Positions 35,406 to 45,282 are shown, counted from the stretch's first letter. The stretch is 64,000 nucleotides of DNA from Xanthobacteraceae bacterium (GCA_036490575.1 DASXDP010000245.1:792-64791); one strand, 5' to 3'. The notes: generated by a model not told the origin, from the letters alone. Program-made: numbers and translations.

Positions 35406-36677
35406 TTATTCTTCCGGCGCTCCTTCGATCGGGTCGTAACGCGAAGCGTCGAGGCCAAGCAGATTCCACGATTGCTGCATGTGCGGCGGCAGTGGCGCGC
35501 TGACGTCGATCACCCCGCCGCGCGGATGCGGCACGGCGATGCGGCGCGCCAGCAGATGCAGTTTGTTCTGCATCCCGCCCGGCAGCTCCCAGTTCTCGAG
35601 CGAAAAATATTTCGGATCGCCGACGACCGGATGATCGATGTGCGCCATGTGCGCCCGCAATTGATGAGTACGGCCGGTCACCGGCTTGAGCGATACCCAG
35701 GACAGCGCCTGTCCCGATGTTTCAATCACCGCGTAATAGGTGATCGCATGACTTGCGCCTTTTTCGCCGTGGCGGGCGATGCGCATGAACGAATCTTCTT
35801 CGCGTTCCTCCTTGGCAAGGAAGGTCGAGATGCGGCCCTGCCGCGGCTTCGGTACACCGGCTACCAGCGCCCAGTAAATCTTGCGCGCGGCGCGCGTGCG
35901 GAACGTCTTGGCGAGCGCGGTGGCGGCAAAGCGCGTCTTAGCGATCAGCAAACAGCCGGCGGTGTCCTTGTCGAGCCGGTGCACAAGTCGGGGCCGCTGG
36001 CCGCCGGCATCGCGCAGCACATCGAGCATGCCGTCGATGTGGCGCGTCGTGCCGGAGCCGCCCTGCACCGCAAGCCCCATTGGCTTGTTGAGCACAAGGA
36101 CGTCAGGGTCTTCGTGCAGCGTGATGGATTTAAGGAACTCGCGGGTTTTCTCATCCGCTGGGCTGGCGCCCGCGTGCGGCTTCGGCGGGTCGAGCCGAAG
36201 TGGCGGAATGCGCACGCTCTGTCCTTCCTCAAGCCGGTTCTTCGGCTGCGTGCGCTTGCCGTTAACGCGCACCTCGCCTTTGCGGATGACGCGCTGGATG
36301 TGGGAAAAGCTTAAACCCGGAAACCGCGCTTCGAGAAAGCGGTCGACCCGCATGCCGGATTCGTCGGCAGTGACCGTGACGTTCTGAACCGCGCTCGAAT
36401 TTACCTTCTCGTGTTGCGGAAGAGGGCGCCCACTCCGGTCCGGACCCGTTGGACGTTCGCCACCCTTTCCCGCAGATGCAGAGGGTGCGCGGTGCGCGGT
36501 GCGATGCTGCGACTGATACCTCTGGCCAGGGGTGTCGCGGCCGTCGCCTTTCGAAAGTCGCTCTGCCCGCACTTCAGGGTGACGGCGAGCGAAGCGACGC
36601 TGCTGGCGCGATCCGGCGATCTGCTTGCCGCCGCCGGGCTGCCGCGGTCCGCGCGCGCCTCTCACGACTGGCTCCAT
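35406..36677 (-). CDS. RluA-family (RluC/D-like) rRNA pseudouridine synthase with Arg/Gly-rich N-terminal extension
   Basis: S4 domain (MRVDRFLEARFPGLSFSHIQRVIRKGEVRVNG) and catalytic HRLDKDTAGCLLIAK. There is no start codon between the S4 domain and ATG 36677, so about 105 basic disordered residues precede S4. The ORF stays open to 36905. Confidence 0.8.
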   Translation of the reverse strand: MEPVVRGARGPRQPGGGKQIAGSRQQRRFARRHPEVRAERLSKGDGRDTPGQRYQSQHRTAHRAPSASAGKGGERPTGPDRSGRPLPQHEKVNSSAVQNVTVTADESGMRVDRFLEARFPGLSFSHIQRVIRKGEVRVNGKRTQPKNRLEEGQSVRIPPLRLDPPKPHAGASPADEKTREFLKSITLHEDPDVLVLNKPMGLAVQGGSGTTRHIDGMLDVLRDAGGQRPRLVHRLDKDTAGCLLIAKTRFAATALAKTFRTRAARKIYWALVAGVPKPRQGRISTFLAKEEREEDSFMRIARHGEKGASHAITYYAVIETSGQALSWVSLKPVTGRTHQLRAHMAHIDHPVVGDPKYFSLENWELPGGMQNKLHLLARRIAVPHPRGGVIDVSAPLPPHMQQSWNLLGLDASRYDPIEGAPEE

Positions 36678-36761
36678 GCGCCGGTAATCGCCGTCGTGAT
36701 GGGTTGCTTCCGCCAAAGCGATGGATGCTGTAGACTGACACCGGGCGCGGGGAGTTTCATT

Positions 36762-37073
36762 TTGCAGCGGCGAAGCCTCGTGATGATGTTCGCAGTGGCG
36801 CTCACTGCCACCGCTTCGGTTGGAACTGCGACGGCGCAGTTGCCGACCAGCGCGGCGGACGAGCCCTGCAACCCGGTGATCGACGGCACATATTGCGCAA
36901 CGCAAGGCGGTCGCCTCTCCAATTCAGGGTCTTCTATCAGCATGGCGCCCATTCAGAGCCTGTCCGGCGACCTATCGCTCGGGCAAAGCAATCCGGGCAC
37001 ATTCGCGGGGATAACCCTAAGCGGCAACAATACCATCTGCATCGGCTTCCTGCGCCGCGCCAGCTGCAATTAG
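36762..37073 (+). CDS. small secreted four-cysteine hypothetical protein
   Basis: TTG at 36762, 7 nt after GGGGAG. Signal peptide (M)QRRSLVMMFAVALTATASVGTATA-Q. Mature part contains CNPVIDGTYC and CIGFLRRASC. Confidence 0.45.
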   Translation: MQRRSLVMMFAVALTATASVGTATAQLPTSAADEPCNPVIDGTYCATQGGRLSNSGSSISMAPIQSLSGDLSLGQSNPGTFAGITLSGNNTICIGFLRRASCN

Positions 37074-37381
37074 CCCTTCGCCTTAGTCATCGCTTCCAGC
37101 GCCTTCTCGCCCGGATTATCGAGGCAACGCTCGATAAAGGCATCCGTCTGCTTATGTAGCGCGTCGATGCTAAACGTTGTGGCGCCGACCCGACCCAGCA
37201 AATAGCCATGGATGAAGCCAATCGCCACGTCACGACTCGACCCGCTCTCGCGCATGATGTCTTTGCACGTGTATTGGTCGACGGCGCGTTCCCCTTTCAC
37301 CTCCGCGGCCGCAGCCGACACGCCAACGACGGCAAGTGTCAGTACGGCTGCGGCCGAAATCTTGGCATATCGGTTAATCAC
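37070..37381 (-). CDS. HdeA/HdeB-like periplasmic protein
   Basis: GTG at 37381 just downstream of GGGGAGGGA gives a signal peptide (INRYAKISAAAVLTLAVVGVSAAAA). The mature part has YTCKDIM...AIGFIHGY...C, resembling the HdeA W/YTC.DF motif and second Cys. Confidence 0.5.
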   Translation of the reverse strand: MINRYAKISAAAVLTLAVVGVSAAAAEVKGERAVDQYTCKDIMRESGSSRDVAIGFIHGYLLGRVGATTFSIDALHKQTDAFIERCLDNPGEKALEAMTKAKG

Positions 37382-37422
37382 GGCATCCCTCCCCAATTCG
37401 GCGTTAGCAAAGCCTCTAACCT

Positions 37423-38757
37423 TCAAGCGCCGTTTCGTTCTTTTCGCAGCTTCGCCCAATAGTCTAGGCGCTTTCTGATTTCGCGTTCAAACCCGCGCTC
37501 CGGCGGATCGTAGAATTTCTGCCGGCCGAGCTGCTCCGGGAAATAATCCTGACCGGAAAACGCTTCATCGCTGTCGTGATCGTATTCGTAATTCGCGCCA
37601 TACCCTTCCGTCTTCATCAACTTGGTCGGCGCATTGAGAATGTGCTTGGGCGGCAATAGCGAGCCGGCTTCCTTCGCCACACGCTTGGCTTCCCCGAAGG
37701 CCATATAAGTGGCATTCGATTTCGGAGCGGTAGCAACGTAGATCACGGCCTCGGCGATGGCGAGCTCGCCTTCCGGCGAGCCAAGAAAGTCGTAGGCCTC
37801 CTTGGCCGCGTTGGCGACGACGAGCGCCTGGGGATCGGCAAGCCCGATGTCCTCGACGGCCATGCGGACGATCCGGCGCGCGAGGTAAAGCGGGTCCTCG
37901 CCGGCATCGAGCATGCGAGCGAGATAATAGAGCGCGGCGTCGGCGTCCGAGCCGCGCACCGATTTGTGCAACGCGCTGATCAAGTTGTAGTGGCCGTCCT
38001 GTTTCTTGTCGTAGAGCGGCGCACGGCGTTGAACGATCTCAGTCAAGGCAGCGACGTCAAAGCTCTCGCCGGCCCGCGCGGCGCGCCATATCTCTTCGGC
38101 CAGTGTCAGCGCGGCGCGCCCGTCGCCGTCCGCCATGCGCATCAGCGCGGCGCGCGCGTCGTCATCCAGCGGCAGCTTTTTTCCCTCGACCTCTTCGGCG
38201 CGCGCGAGGAGCTTCTCCAGCGCGGGGGCATCGAGCGACCTGAATACCAGCACCCGCGCGCGAGACAGGAGTGGCGCAATCAGCTCAAAGGACGGGTTCT
38301 CGGTAGTCGCCCCAACCAGCACGACGGTGCCGTCCTCCACCACGGGCAGGAAGGAATCCTGCTGCGCGCGGTTGAAGCGGTGAATTTCGTCGACGAAAAG
38401 GAGCGTCCCCTGCCCGGTTTCGCGGCGGGCGCGCGCGGCGTCGAACACCTTTTTCAGGTCGGCGACGCCGGAAAAGATCGCCGAGATTTGCTCGAAATGC
38501 AGATCGGTCGCCTGGGCCAAGAGCCGCGCTACCGTGGTCTTGCCGGTGCCAGGCGGCCCCCAAAAGATTAGCGAGCCGAGCGAGCGCGTTTCCAGCATGC
38601 GGGTCAGCGCGCCGTCGGGACCGAGGAGGTGGTCCTGGCCGACCACGTCCGAGAGCTGGCCCGGCCGCAGCTTGTCGGCAAGCGGGCGCGGCGCGGCGCG
38701 TTCGAGACCGGCGGCCGCGAACAGGTTGGGCGACCTGGTTTTGGGACGCGAGCTCAT
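37423..38757 (-). CDS. rarA: replication-associated recombination protein A (AAA+ ATPase)
   Basis: Start MSSRPKT at 38757. Walker A GPPGTGKTT, Walker B LFVDEIHRFN and the C-terminal MgsA domain (HYNLISALHKSVRGSDADAALYYLARML). Confidence 0.95.
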   Translation of the reverse strand: MSSRPKTRSPNLFAAAGLERAAPRPLADKLRPGQLSDVVGQDHLLGPDGALTRMLETRSLGSLIFWGPPGTGKTTVARLLAQATDLHFEQISAIFSGVADLKKVFDAARARRETGQGTLLFVDEIHRFNRAQQDSFLPVVEDGTVVLVGATTENPSFELIAPLLSRARVLVFRSLDAPALEKLLARAEEVEGKKLPLDDDARAALMRMADGDGRAALTLAEEIWRAARAGESFDVAALTEIVQRRAPLYDKKQDGHYNLISALHKSVRGSDADAALYYLARMLDAGEDPLYLARRIVRMAVEDIGLADPQALVVANAAKEAYDFLGSPEGELAIAEAVIYVATAPKSNATYMAFGEAKRVAKEAGSLLPPKHILNAPTKLMKTEGYGANYEYDHDSDEAFSGQDYFPEQLGRQKFYDPPERGFEREIRKRLDYWAKLRKERNGA

Positions 38758-38769
38758 GGAAGCGCATCC

Positions 38770-38910
38770 TGCCCCTCTCCCCTTGTGCCAGAAGGGAGCG
38801 AGCGCCATAGGCGCGAGCCGGGTGAAGGGGGCGTCATCACAGCTTAAAATAATCCCCCTCACCCGGCCTCGCTACGCTCGGCCTATCTCTCCCACCAGGG
38901 GAGAAGTGAA
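38770..38910. repeat. second copy of the composite GGGGAGAGG/GGGTGAGGGG REP element
   Basis: gccgggtgaaggggg...ccccctcacccggcc followed by ctctccc-acca-ggggagaag-tgaa. Same hairpin order and orientation as 1071-1210. Confidence 0.75.
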
Positions 38911-38933
38911 AGAACAGGCATCCGCGCAGTGTA

Positions 38934-40337
38934 TCACCCGGTGAACATCACCGTGATCTGCTGCCCGGCGCGGTTGATCGTGATACGCCACTGGCGGCCG
39001 CCGCTGCGGGCGATACGCTCAAGATCGCCGGACCGTTCTATTTTCTGGTTATTCACCGAGACGACGACGTCGCCCTTCTGAAAGCCCAATGACTGTGCTT
39101 CCGATCCGTCGGCGATGGCGATAATGACGACGCCGCGAGCCTGGGTATCGAGTCGCAAGTCGTCGGCGAGTGCCGGCGAAAGATTGGCGACCGTGGCGCC
39201 GAGGAATGGCGAACGGGCGCGGATTTCGATCTGTTCGCGCGGCTGATCCGGCGCGCTTTGCAGGGCTACGGGAAACACCATCTCTTTCCCCTGACGCACG
39301 ACGCCGATCTGCGCCGTGCCGCCGAGCGGCTTGGTGGCAAAACGATAGTCGAAGGCGTTGGCGTCTTCGATCGCGGTACCGTCAATGCTGATGATAAGGT
39401 CGCCGGTCTTGATGCCGGCCTTGGCGGCCGGCCCATCGGCTGCGGCACTGGCCACCAGCGCGCCGCTCGGGCGCTTTAGTCCCAGGCTTTCTGCAATCTC
39501 CGGCGTCACGTCCTGCAATTTTGTGCCGAGCCACGGGCGCTTGACTGCATCGCTGCCGCCTTTGGCCGAAGCTACAACGACGCGCACCATGTTCGACGGA
39601 ATCGCAAACCCTATGCCCTGCGATCCGCCCGAACGCGAATAAATCGCCGAGTTGATACCGACAAGGCGGCCGTTCATATCAACCAAGGCGCCGCCGGAGT
39701 TGCCTGGATTGATCGCCGCATCGGTCTGAATGAAGAAACGATAGTCGCTTATTCCGACCTGGGTGCGCGCCAAGGCCGAGACGATGCCGTGAGTCACGGT
39801 CTGACCGACGCCGAACGGATCGCCGATCGCCAGCACGACATCGCCAACTTGCAGCTCGTCGGAATTGGCAAAATCAAGCACGGGAAAACGCTCGCCGGAG
39901 ACCTTAACCCGCAGCACGGCCAGATCCGAGTGCTCGTCCTTGAGCGCTACCTCGGCGTCGAATTCGCGCTTGTCGGCAAGCGCAACCTTCACTTCGCTCG
40001 CCCCTTCGATCACGTGATAATTAGTGACCACAAGTCCGGCGGGATCGACGATGACGCCGGAGCCGAGCGACCGTAGTACTTGCTCGCGCGGCACCGCGCC
40101 GAAGAACTGCCGGAACAGCGGATCGTTCATGAACGGGTTGCGGTTCTCCACGACCCGGGCGGCATAGACGTTGACCACGGCGGCCGCCACGCGCTTGACC
40201 ACGGGTGCGAATGAAAGCTGCAGCTCGGCGGTCGACGACGGCACGCGGCGGTCTTGCGCGAACCCGGCCGAAGACACGGCCGCCAGCGCAAAAACGGCCG
40301 CAGCGCACTTCGTTGCTAAAGGCCGCGAGCGATGCAT
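38934..40337 (-). CDS. DegP/DegQ (HtrA) family periplasmic serine endoprotease
   Basis: 467 aa with signal peptide. His (TNYHVI), Asp (DLAVLRV), Ser (GNSGGALV) triad and two PDZ-like regions. Confidence 0.93.
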   Translation of the reverse strand: MHRSRPLATKCAAAVFALAAVSSAGFAQDRRVPSSTAELQLSFAPVVKRVAAAVVNVYAARVVENRNPFMNDPLFRQFFGAVPREQVLRSLGSGVIVDPAGLVVTNYHVIEGASEVKVALADKREFDAEVALKDEHSDLAVLRVKVSGERFPVLDFANSDELQVGDVVLAIGDPFGVGQTVTHGIVSALARTQVGISDYRFFIQTDAAINPGNSGGALVDMNGRLVGINSAIYSRSGGSQGIGFAIPSNMVRVVVASAKGGSDAVKRPWLGTKLQDVTPEIAESLGLKRPSGALVASAAADGPAAKAGIKTGDLIISIDGTAIEDANAFDYRFATKPLGGTAQIGVVRQGKEMVFPVALQSAPDQPREQIEIRARSPFLGATVANLSPALADDLRLDTQARGVVIIAIADGSEAQSLGFQKGDVVVSVNNQKIERSGDLERIARSGGRQWRITINRAGQQITVMFTG

Positions 40338-40406
40338 GAGAATTTCCCAAATCCGCGCAGCCGATATGGGCCCGCGAGAGGGTCGTTAGCAGCGTTTGCG
40401 CAACCG

Positions 40407-40835
40407 CTACGCGGCGGCCGGAGCCGGCTCCTCGGCGCGGACTTGAACCGGCCCGGAATCCTTGCCCTTGGCCTCGACATCACGGTCGACAAATTCAATG
40501 ACCGCAACCGGCGCCGAGTCGCCGTAGCGGAAGCCCGCCTTCATCACGCGCAGATAGCCGCCGGCGCGGCCCTTGTAGCGCGGACCGATCACCTCGAAGA
40601 GCTTCTTGACCATGGCCAGGTCGCGCATCTGCGCGATGGCCTGCCGCCGCGCGTGCAGGTCGCGGCGCTTGCCGAGCGTCACCAGCTTTTCCACGATGGG
40701 GCGCAAGTCTTTTGCCTTGGGCAACGTCGTGGTGATCTGCTCGTGCTTGATCAAGGCTGCGGCCAAATTGGCCAGCATCGCCTTGCGATGCTCCGAGCGA
40801 CGGTTGAACTTACGGTGAGTGGTAGCGTGACCCAT
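40407..40835 (-). CDS. rplQ: 50S ribosomal protein L17
   Basis: [44 protein letters not shown]. Confidence 0.97.
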   Translation of the reverse strand: MGHATTHRKFNRRSEHRKAMLANLAAALIKHEQITTTLPKAKDLRPIVEKLVTLGKRRDLHARRQAIAQMRDLAMVKKLFEVIGPRYKGRAGGYLRVMKAGFRYGDSAPVAVIEFVDRDVEAKGKDSGPVQVRAEEPAPAAA

Positions 40836-40905
40836 TCAGATACCAGTGTTCAGTCATCGGTAATCAGATGCATCTGACTACCGACATCTGATTACCGCCT
40901 CCTGC

Positions 40906-41925
40906 TCAGTAATGATCCTCGAAGCGCTTCGCGAGCTCTTCGATATTTTCAGGCGGCCAGCCCGGCACTTCCATGCCGAGATGGAGGCCCATTTGAACGA
41001 GCACTTCCTTGATTTCGTTTAGCGACTTGCGCCCGAAATTCGGCGTGCGCAGCATCTCGGCTTCGGTCTTCTGCACCAAGTCGCCGATATAGACGATGTT
41101 GTCGTTCTTCAGGCAGTTGGCCGAGCGCACCGAAAGCTCGAGCTCGTCGACTTTCTTCAGGAACGCCGGATTGAAGGCAAGATCCGGGATCGCCTCGGTT
41201 GCCGTTTCGCGCTTGGGCTCTTCGAAATTGACGAACACATTAAGCTGGTCTTGCAGGATGCGCGCCGCGTAGGCGAGCGCGTCCTCCGGGCTCACAGCGC
41301 CGTTGGTCTCGATCGACAGCGTCAGCTTGTCATAGTCGAGAATTTGGCCCTCGCGGGTATTCTCGACTTTGTAAGAGACCTTGCGCACCGGCGAGTACAG
41401 GCTGTCGACCGGAATAAGACCGATCGGTGCGTCCTCGGGGCGATTGCGCTCCGCGGGGATATAGCCCTTGCCGGTATTGACCGTGAACTCCATGCGGATT
41501 TCGGCGCCCTCGTCGAGCGTGCACAGGACCAGCTCGGGGTTGAGAACGACAATGTCACCGATGGTCTGGATGTCGCTCGCTGTTACTGTGCCCGGGCCTT
41601 GCTTCTTCACCACCATGCGCTTGGGGCCCTCGCCCTGCATCTTGATGGCGATGTCCTTGATGTTGAGCACGATGTCGGTGACGTCCTCGCGCACGCCGGC
41701 GATCGAGGAGAACTCGTGCAGAACACCGTCGATATGCACCGATTGAACCGCGGCGCCCTGGAGCGACGACAGCAAAATGCGGCGTAACGCATTTCCCAGC
41801 GTCACGCCGAAGCCGCGCTCCAGCGGTTCGGCAACCACTGTCGCCACTCGCCGCCCATCAGCGCCGGCGGCGACCTGCAACTTGCCCGGCCTAATCAGTT
41901 CCTGCCAATTTTTTTGAATGGTCAC
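40906..41925 (-). CDS. rpoA: DNA-directed RNA polymerase subunit alpha
   Basis: (V/M)[17 protein letters not shown]...[12 protein letters not shown]. The C-terminal domain ends [10 protein letters not shown]. The GTG start at 41925 is chosen by analogy to related RpoA N-termini. ATG at 41937 is the alternative. Confidence 0.95.
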   Translation of the reverse strand: MTIQKNWQELIRPGKLQVAAGADGRRVATVVAEPLERGFGVTLGNALRRILLSSLQGAAVQSVHIDGVLHEFSSIAGVREDVTDIVLNIKDIAIKMQGEGPKRMVVKKQGPGTVTASDIQTIGDIVVLNPELVLCTLDEGAEIRMEFTVNTGKGYIPAERNRPEDAPIGLIPVDSLYSPVRKVSYKVENTREGQILDYDKLTLSIETNGAVSPEDALAYAARILQDQLNVFVNFEEPKRETATEAIPDLAFNPAFLKKVDELELSVRSANCLKNDNIVYIGDLVQKTEAEMLRTPNFGRKSLNEIKEVLVQMGLHLGMEVPGWPPENIEELAKRFEDHY

Positions 41926-42048
41926 GTTATCACCCATAGAATTGCGCGGCGCGGCCACGTCACGCGACCCACTCCGCTCCGTGGGGCCAAAATCGGTGGT
42001 GCCGTGTTCAAGCGGCGGCGAATGTTCGACTTCCATCAGTAAAATGTC

Positions 42049-42438
42049 CTATACGCGCCGCCGCTTCCGCGGACGGCAACCGTTGTGCGGGATCGGGGTT
42101 ACATCGCGTATCGAGGTAATGGTGAACCCGGCCGCTTGCAGCGAGCGCAAAGCAGATTCGCGGCCGGAACCAGGACCCGCGACTTCGACTTCAAGCGTCC
42201 GCATCCCGTGTTCCTGGGCTTTCTTTGCCGCGTCCTCGGCGGCGACCTGCGCCGCGTACGGTGTCGACTTCCGCGAGCCCTTGAAGCCCATGGTCCCTGC
42301 CGACGACCAGGCGATGGTGTTGCCCTGCACGTCGGTAATGGTGATCATGGTATTATTGAAGCTGGCGTTCACATGCGCGACGCCAGACGCGATGTTCTTG
42401 CGTTCGCGCCGGCGGACGCGCGTGGCTTCCTTCCCCAT
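42049..42438 (-). CDS. rpsK: 30S ribosomal protein S11
   Basis: Start [16 protein letters not shown] at 42438, with [18 protein letters not shown]. Confidence 0.97.
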   Translation of the reverse strand: MGKEATRVRRRERKNIASGVAHVNASFNNTMITITDVQGNTIAWSSAGTMGFKGSRKSTPYAAQVAAEDAAKKAQEHGMRTLEVEVAGPGSGRESALRSLQAAGFTITSIRDVTPIPHNGCRPRKRRRV

Positions 42439-42498
42439 TTTGAACCCTTTCGGCTCGGAACCGGCCCCGCCGGTCCGCCTCAAACTCTATTCGACGCG

Positions 42499-42867
42499 TT
42501 ATTTCTTCTTGCCGGCGATCGGCTTGGCCGGCCCCTTGCGGGTCCGTGCATTAGTATGCGTGCGTTGCCCGCGAACCGGGAGGCCGCGGCGATGCCGCAA
42601 CCCCCGATAGCAGCCCAGATCCATCAAGCGCTTGATATTCATGGCGACGTCGCGCCGCAGATCGCCCTCGACCATGTAATCGCGGTCGATCACCTCGCGC
42701 AGCTGCAGGACTTCCTGGTCCGTCAGCTGCGAGACCCGGCGCGCCTCCGGGATCGACACCTTGGTCATGATTTCCTTGGCCTTCGCCGGGCCGATGCCGT
42801 GGATGTATTGTAACGCGACCACGACGCGCTTGTTCGTTGGGATGTTGACGCCAGCAATACGGGCCAC
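42499..42867 (-). CDS. rpsM: 30S ribosomal protein S13
   Basis: [26 protein letters not shown]. Confidence 0.97.
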   Translation of the reverse strand: MARIAGVNIPTNKRVVVALQYIHGIGPAKAKEIMTKVSIPEARRVSQLTDQEVLQLREVIDRDYMVEGDLRRDVAMNIKRLMDLGCYRGLRHRRGLPVRGQRTHTNARTRKGPAKPIAGKKK

Positions 42868-43028
42868 GTCAGATGCTCCTTATGCGGGCTGATGCGGTGT
42901 GCGTCCGCACAGCCCGAGCGTTACCTATCAGTGTCACCAGAGAAGGCCACACAACGCGAAAAAGCCCACGACCGCCTGCCGCCGCGGCCTGGCTATCGCT
43001 GCTTCGTCTCCGATCGGATATTTCAGGC

Positions 43029-43058
43029 TTATTAATGGATTCCACTCGCTTTCGTCAA
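43029..43058 (-). promoter_or_regulatory. candidate sigma70-type promoter for rpsM-rpsK-rpoA-rplQ
   Basis: The minus strand reads TTGACG-18 nt-TAATAA (reverse complement of 43053-43058 and 43029-43034), about 160 bp upstream of rpsM. Confidence 0.5.
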
Positions 43059-43087
43059 CCCGGCTAGCAGATTCGTGTACAACTGTC

Positions 43088-43954
43088 TCATCGGCCGCGT
43101 TTTGCCGATTTGGCCCGTCCTCTGGGCTTTCGGGCCGCCCCAGCCCGGGCGGCTTTCTGCGGCTTCGGAGCAGTCTTGGGACCGACCGCCTTTCTCGCCG
43201 GTGCTGATTTTTTTCCTATACCACGGCTTCGGGGTGCGGCCGCACCCGCCTTCCGGCGCTTGGACGGAGCCGGCTTTCCCCGCTTTGCGGCAACTGGCTT
43301 CGCACGCTTGGCGGCAACGGGGGCACGACGGCGCTCAGCCGTTGTGGATTTCTCCCGCTTGGCGGCCACGGGCTTCTCAAGGAGCGCCCATTCAATTTGC
43401 GCCGCGACATTCTCTACCGTTTTCATGCCATCGACCGAGCGCAACAAGCCGTGGTCGCGATAATAGTTGATCAGAGGCGCCGTCTGGTCGCGGTACGCCG
43501 TCAGGCGGCGGTGCAAAACGTCCGGATTATCGTCCGGGCGAAGCTGTTGCCCCTGTGCGGTCATCTGGGCGATCCGGTTCTCGATCCGCCGTAGCAGCGC
43601 CGCCTCATCGACCTTGAGCTCAATCACCGCGTCGAGACCCGCTCCGTGGTGCTTAAGCATGCGATCGAGCGCCTCGGCCTGGGCGACCGTGCGCGGAAAG
43701 CCATCGAGGATAAAACCCTTGCGCGCATCCGGCTGCTCGATGCGCTCCTCGACAATGGCGACGACGACATCGTCCGGACACAGCGCGCCGCTCGCCATGA
43801 TGTGCTCAACCTGACGGCCCAGGGGCGTTTGGGCTTTGACTGCCGCGCGCAGCATGTCGCCGGTCGAAAGCTGAACCAGACCGTATTTGGCGACGAGGTG
43901 CTGGGCCTGCGTTCCCTTGCCCGCCCCCGGCGGGCCCAGCAGAATCAGTCTCAT
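43088..43954 (-). CDS. adk: adenylate kinase (short-LID type) with ~95-aa Lys/Ala/Pro/Arg-rich C-terminal tail
   Basis: MRLILLGPPGAGKGTQA P-loop, ILDGFPRT. The core ends near residue 193 (..QIEWALLEK). Residues 194-288 are PVAAKREKS..PVAAKRAKPVAAKRGKPAPSKRRK...KPRGRAKSAKRGR. Confidence 0.93.
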   Translation of the reverse strand: MRLILLGPPGAGKGTQAQHLVAKYGLVQLSTGDMLRAAVKAQTPLGRQVEHIMASGALCPDDVVVAIVEERIEQPDARKGFILDGFPRTVAQAEALDRMLKHHGAGLDAVIELKVDEAALLRRIENRIAQMTAQGQQLRPDDNPDVLHRRLTAYRDQTAPLINYYRDHGLLRSVDGMKTVENVAAQIEWALLEKPVAAKREKSTTAERRRAPVAAKRAKPVAAKRGKPAPSKRRKAGAAAPRSRGIGKKSAPARKAVGPKTAPKPQKAARAGAARKPRGRAKSAKRGR

Positions 43955-45282
43955 CTGCGGCGCCCCCTCAATTTCGATCGCTTGATCAAGCCTTCGTACT
44001 GATGCGCCAGCAGATAGCCCTGCACCTGCGCGACCGTATCCATGGTCACGCTGACGACGATCAGAAGCGACGTGCCGCCGAAATAGAACGGCACCGCGGC
44101 GTAGGAGATCAGTATTTCCGGGAACAGACAGACTACCGCCAAATAGGCGGCGCCGATGACGGTGATGCGCGACAACACATAGTCGATGTACTCGGCGGTC
44201 CGTTCGCCGGGCCGGATACCGGGGATAAACCCGCCGTGCTTTTTCAGATTATCCGCCGTCTCGGTCGGATTAAAAACGATCGCCGTATAGAAGAAGGCGA
44301 AGAACACGATCAGCGCCACATACAGCAAAAGAAACAGCGGCCGGCCGTGCGACAATTGGGTGGTGATGAGGGTAAGCCAACCGGGCCCCTGCCCGGCGGT
44401 GAAGTTGGCGACCGTTGTCGGCAACAGCAACAGCGACGACGCGAAGATCGGCGGAATGACGCCGGATGTATTGAGCTTGAGCGGCAAGTGCGATGACTGG
44501 CCCTCGAACATGCGATTGCCGACTTGGCGTTTCGGATACTGAATCAGCAAACGGCGCTGCGCCCGCTCCATAAACACAATGAAAGTAATGACCGCGACTG
44601 CCATCACCAGCACGATAAGAATTAAACCCGTCGACAGCGCGCCCTGGCGGCCGAGCTCCAGGGTTCCGGCAAGGGCAGAAGGAAGTTGCGCCACGATTCC
44701 CGACATGATGATCAGCGACGTGCCGTTGCCGATCCCACGCTGGGTGATCTGCTCGCCCAGCCACATCAGGAACATGGTGCCGCCAGTGAGCGTGATGACC
44801 GTCGAGATACGGAAGAACAAGCCGGGGTCCATGACCACGTTGCTCGCACCTTCAAGCCCGACGGATATGCCGTACGCCTGAAAGGCGGCCAGAACGACGG
44901 TCAGGTAGCGTGTGTACTGATTGATTAGTTTGCGGCCCGACTCGCCTTCCTTTTTCAGCTGCTCGAGCTGCGGCGACACCGTCGTCATCAGCTGGATGAT
45001 GATCGATGCCGAGATGTACGGCATGATGTTGAGCGCGAAAATCGCCATGCGGTGAATGCCGCCGCCGGCGAACATGTTGAACATTCCCAGGATACCGCCA
45101 GCTTGGGAATTGAAGATTTGATTCCAGGCATTCGGATCAATGCCCGGCAGCGGAATGTAGGTGCCCAGCCGATAGACCAGCAGCGCGCCGAGCGTGAACC
45201 AAATGCGCTTCTTCAGCTCCTCGGCTTTCGCCAGCGCGCCGAAATTCAGATTGGCTGCCAGTTGTTCCGCTGCTGAAACCAT
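43951..45282 (-). CDS. secY: preprotein translocase subunit SecY
   Basis: 443 aa with 10 TM segments. RIWFTLGALLVYRLGTYIPLPGID. A 4-nt overlap with adk. Confidence 0.97.
   Translation of the reverse strand: MVSAAEQLAANLNFGALAKAEELKKRIWFTLGALLVYRLGTYIPLPGIDPNAWNQIFNSQAGGILGMFNMFAGGGIHRMAIFALNIMPYISASIIIQLMTTVSPQLEQLKKEGESGRKLINQYTRYLTVVLAAFQAYGISVGLEGASNVVMDPGLFFRISTVITLTGGTMFLMWLGEQITQRGIGNGTSLIIMSGIVAQLPSALAGTLELGRQGALSTGLILIVLVMAVAVITFIVFMERAQRRLLIQYPKRQVGNRMFEGQSSHLPLKLNTSGVIPPIFASSLLLLPTTVANFTAGQGPGWLTLITTQLSHGRPLFLLLYVALIVFFAFFYTAIVFNPTETADNLKKHGGFIPGIRPGERTAEYIDYVLSRITVIGAAYLAVVCLFPEILISYAAVPFYFGGTSLLIVVSVTMDTVAQVQGYLLAHQYEGLIKRSKLRGRRR

Noticed and set aside
36678-36905. A further upstream extension of the pseudouridine synthase ORF to ATG 36905 (499 aa).
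   Set aside because: That stretch overlaps the RBS, start and signal-peptide region of the divergent secreted-protein ORF (36762..) and is Cys/Arg/His-rich junk-like. ATG 36677 is the first start that leaves a divergent promoter gap. This remains uncertain without start-site data.
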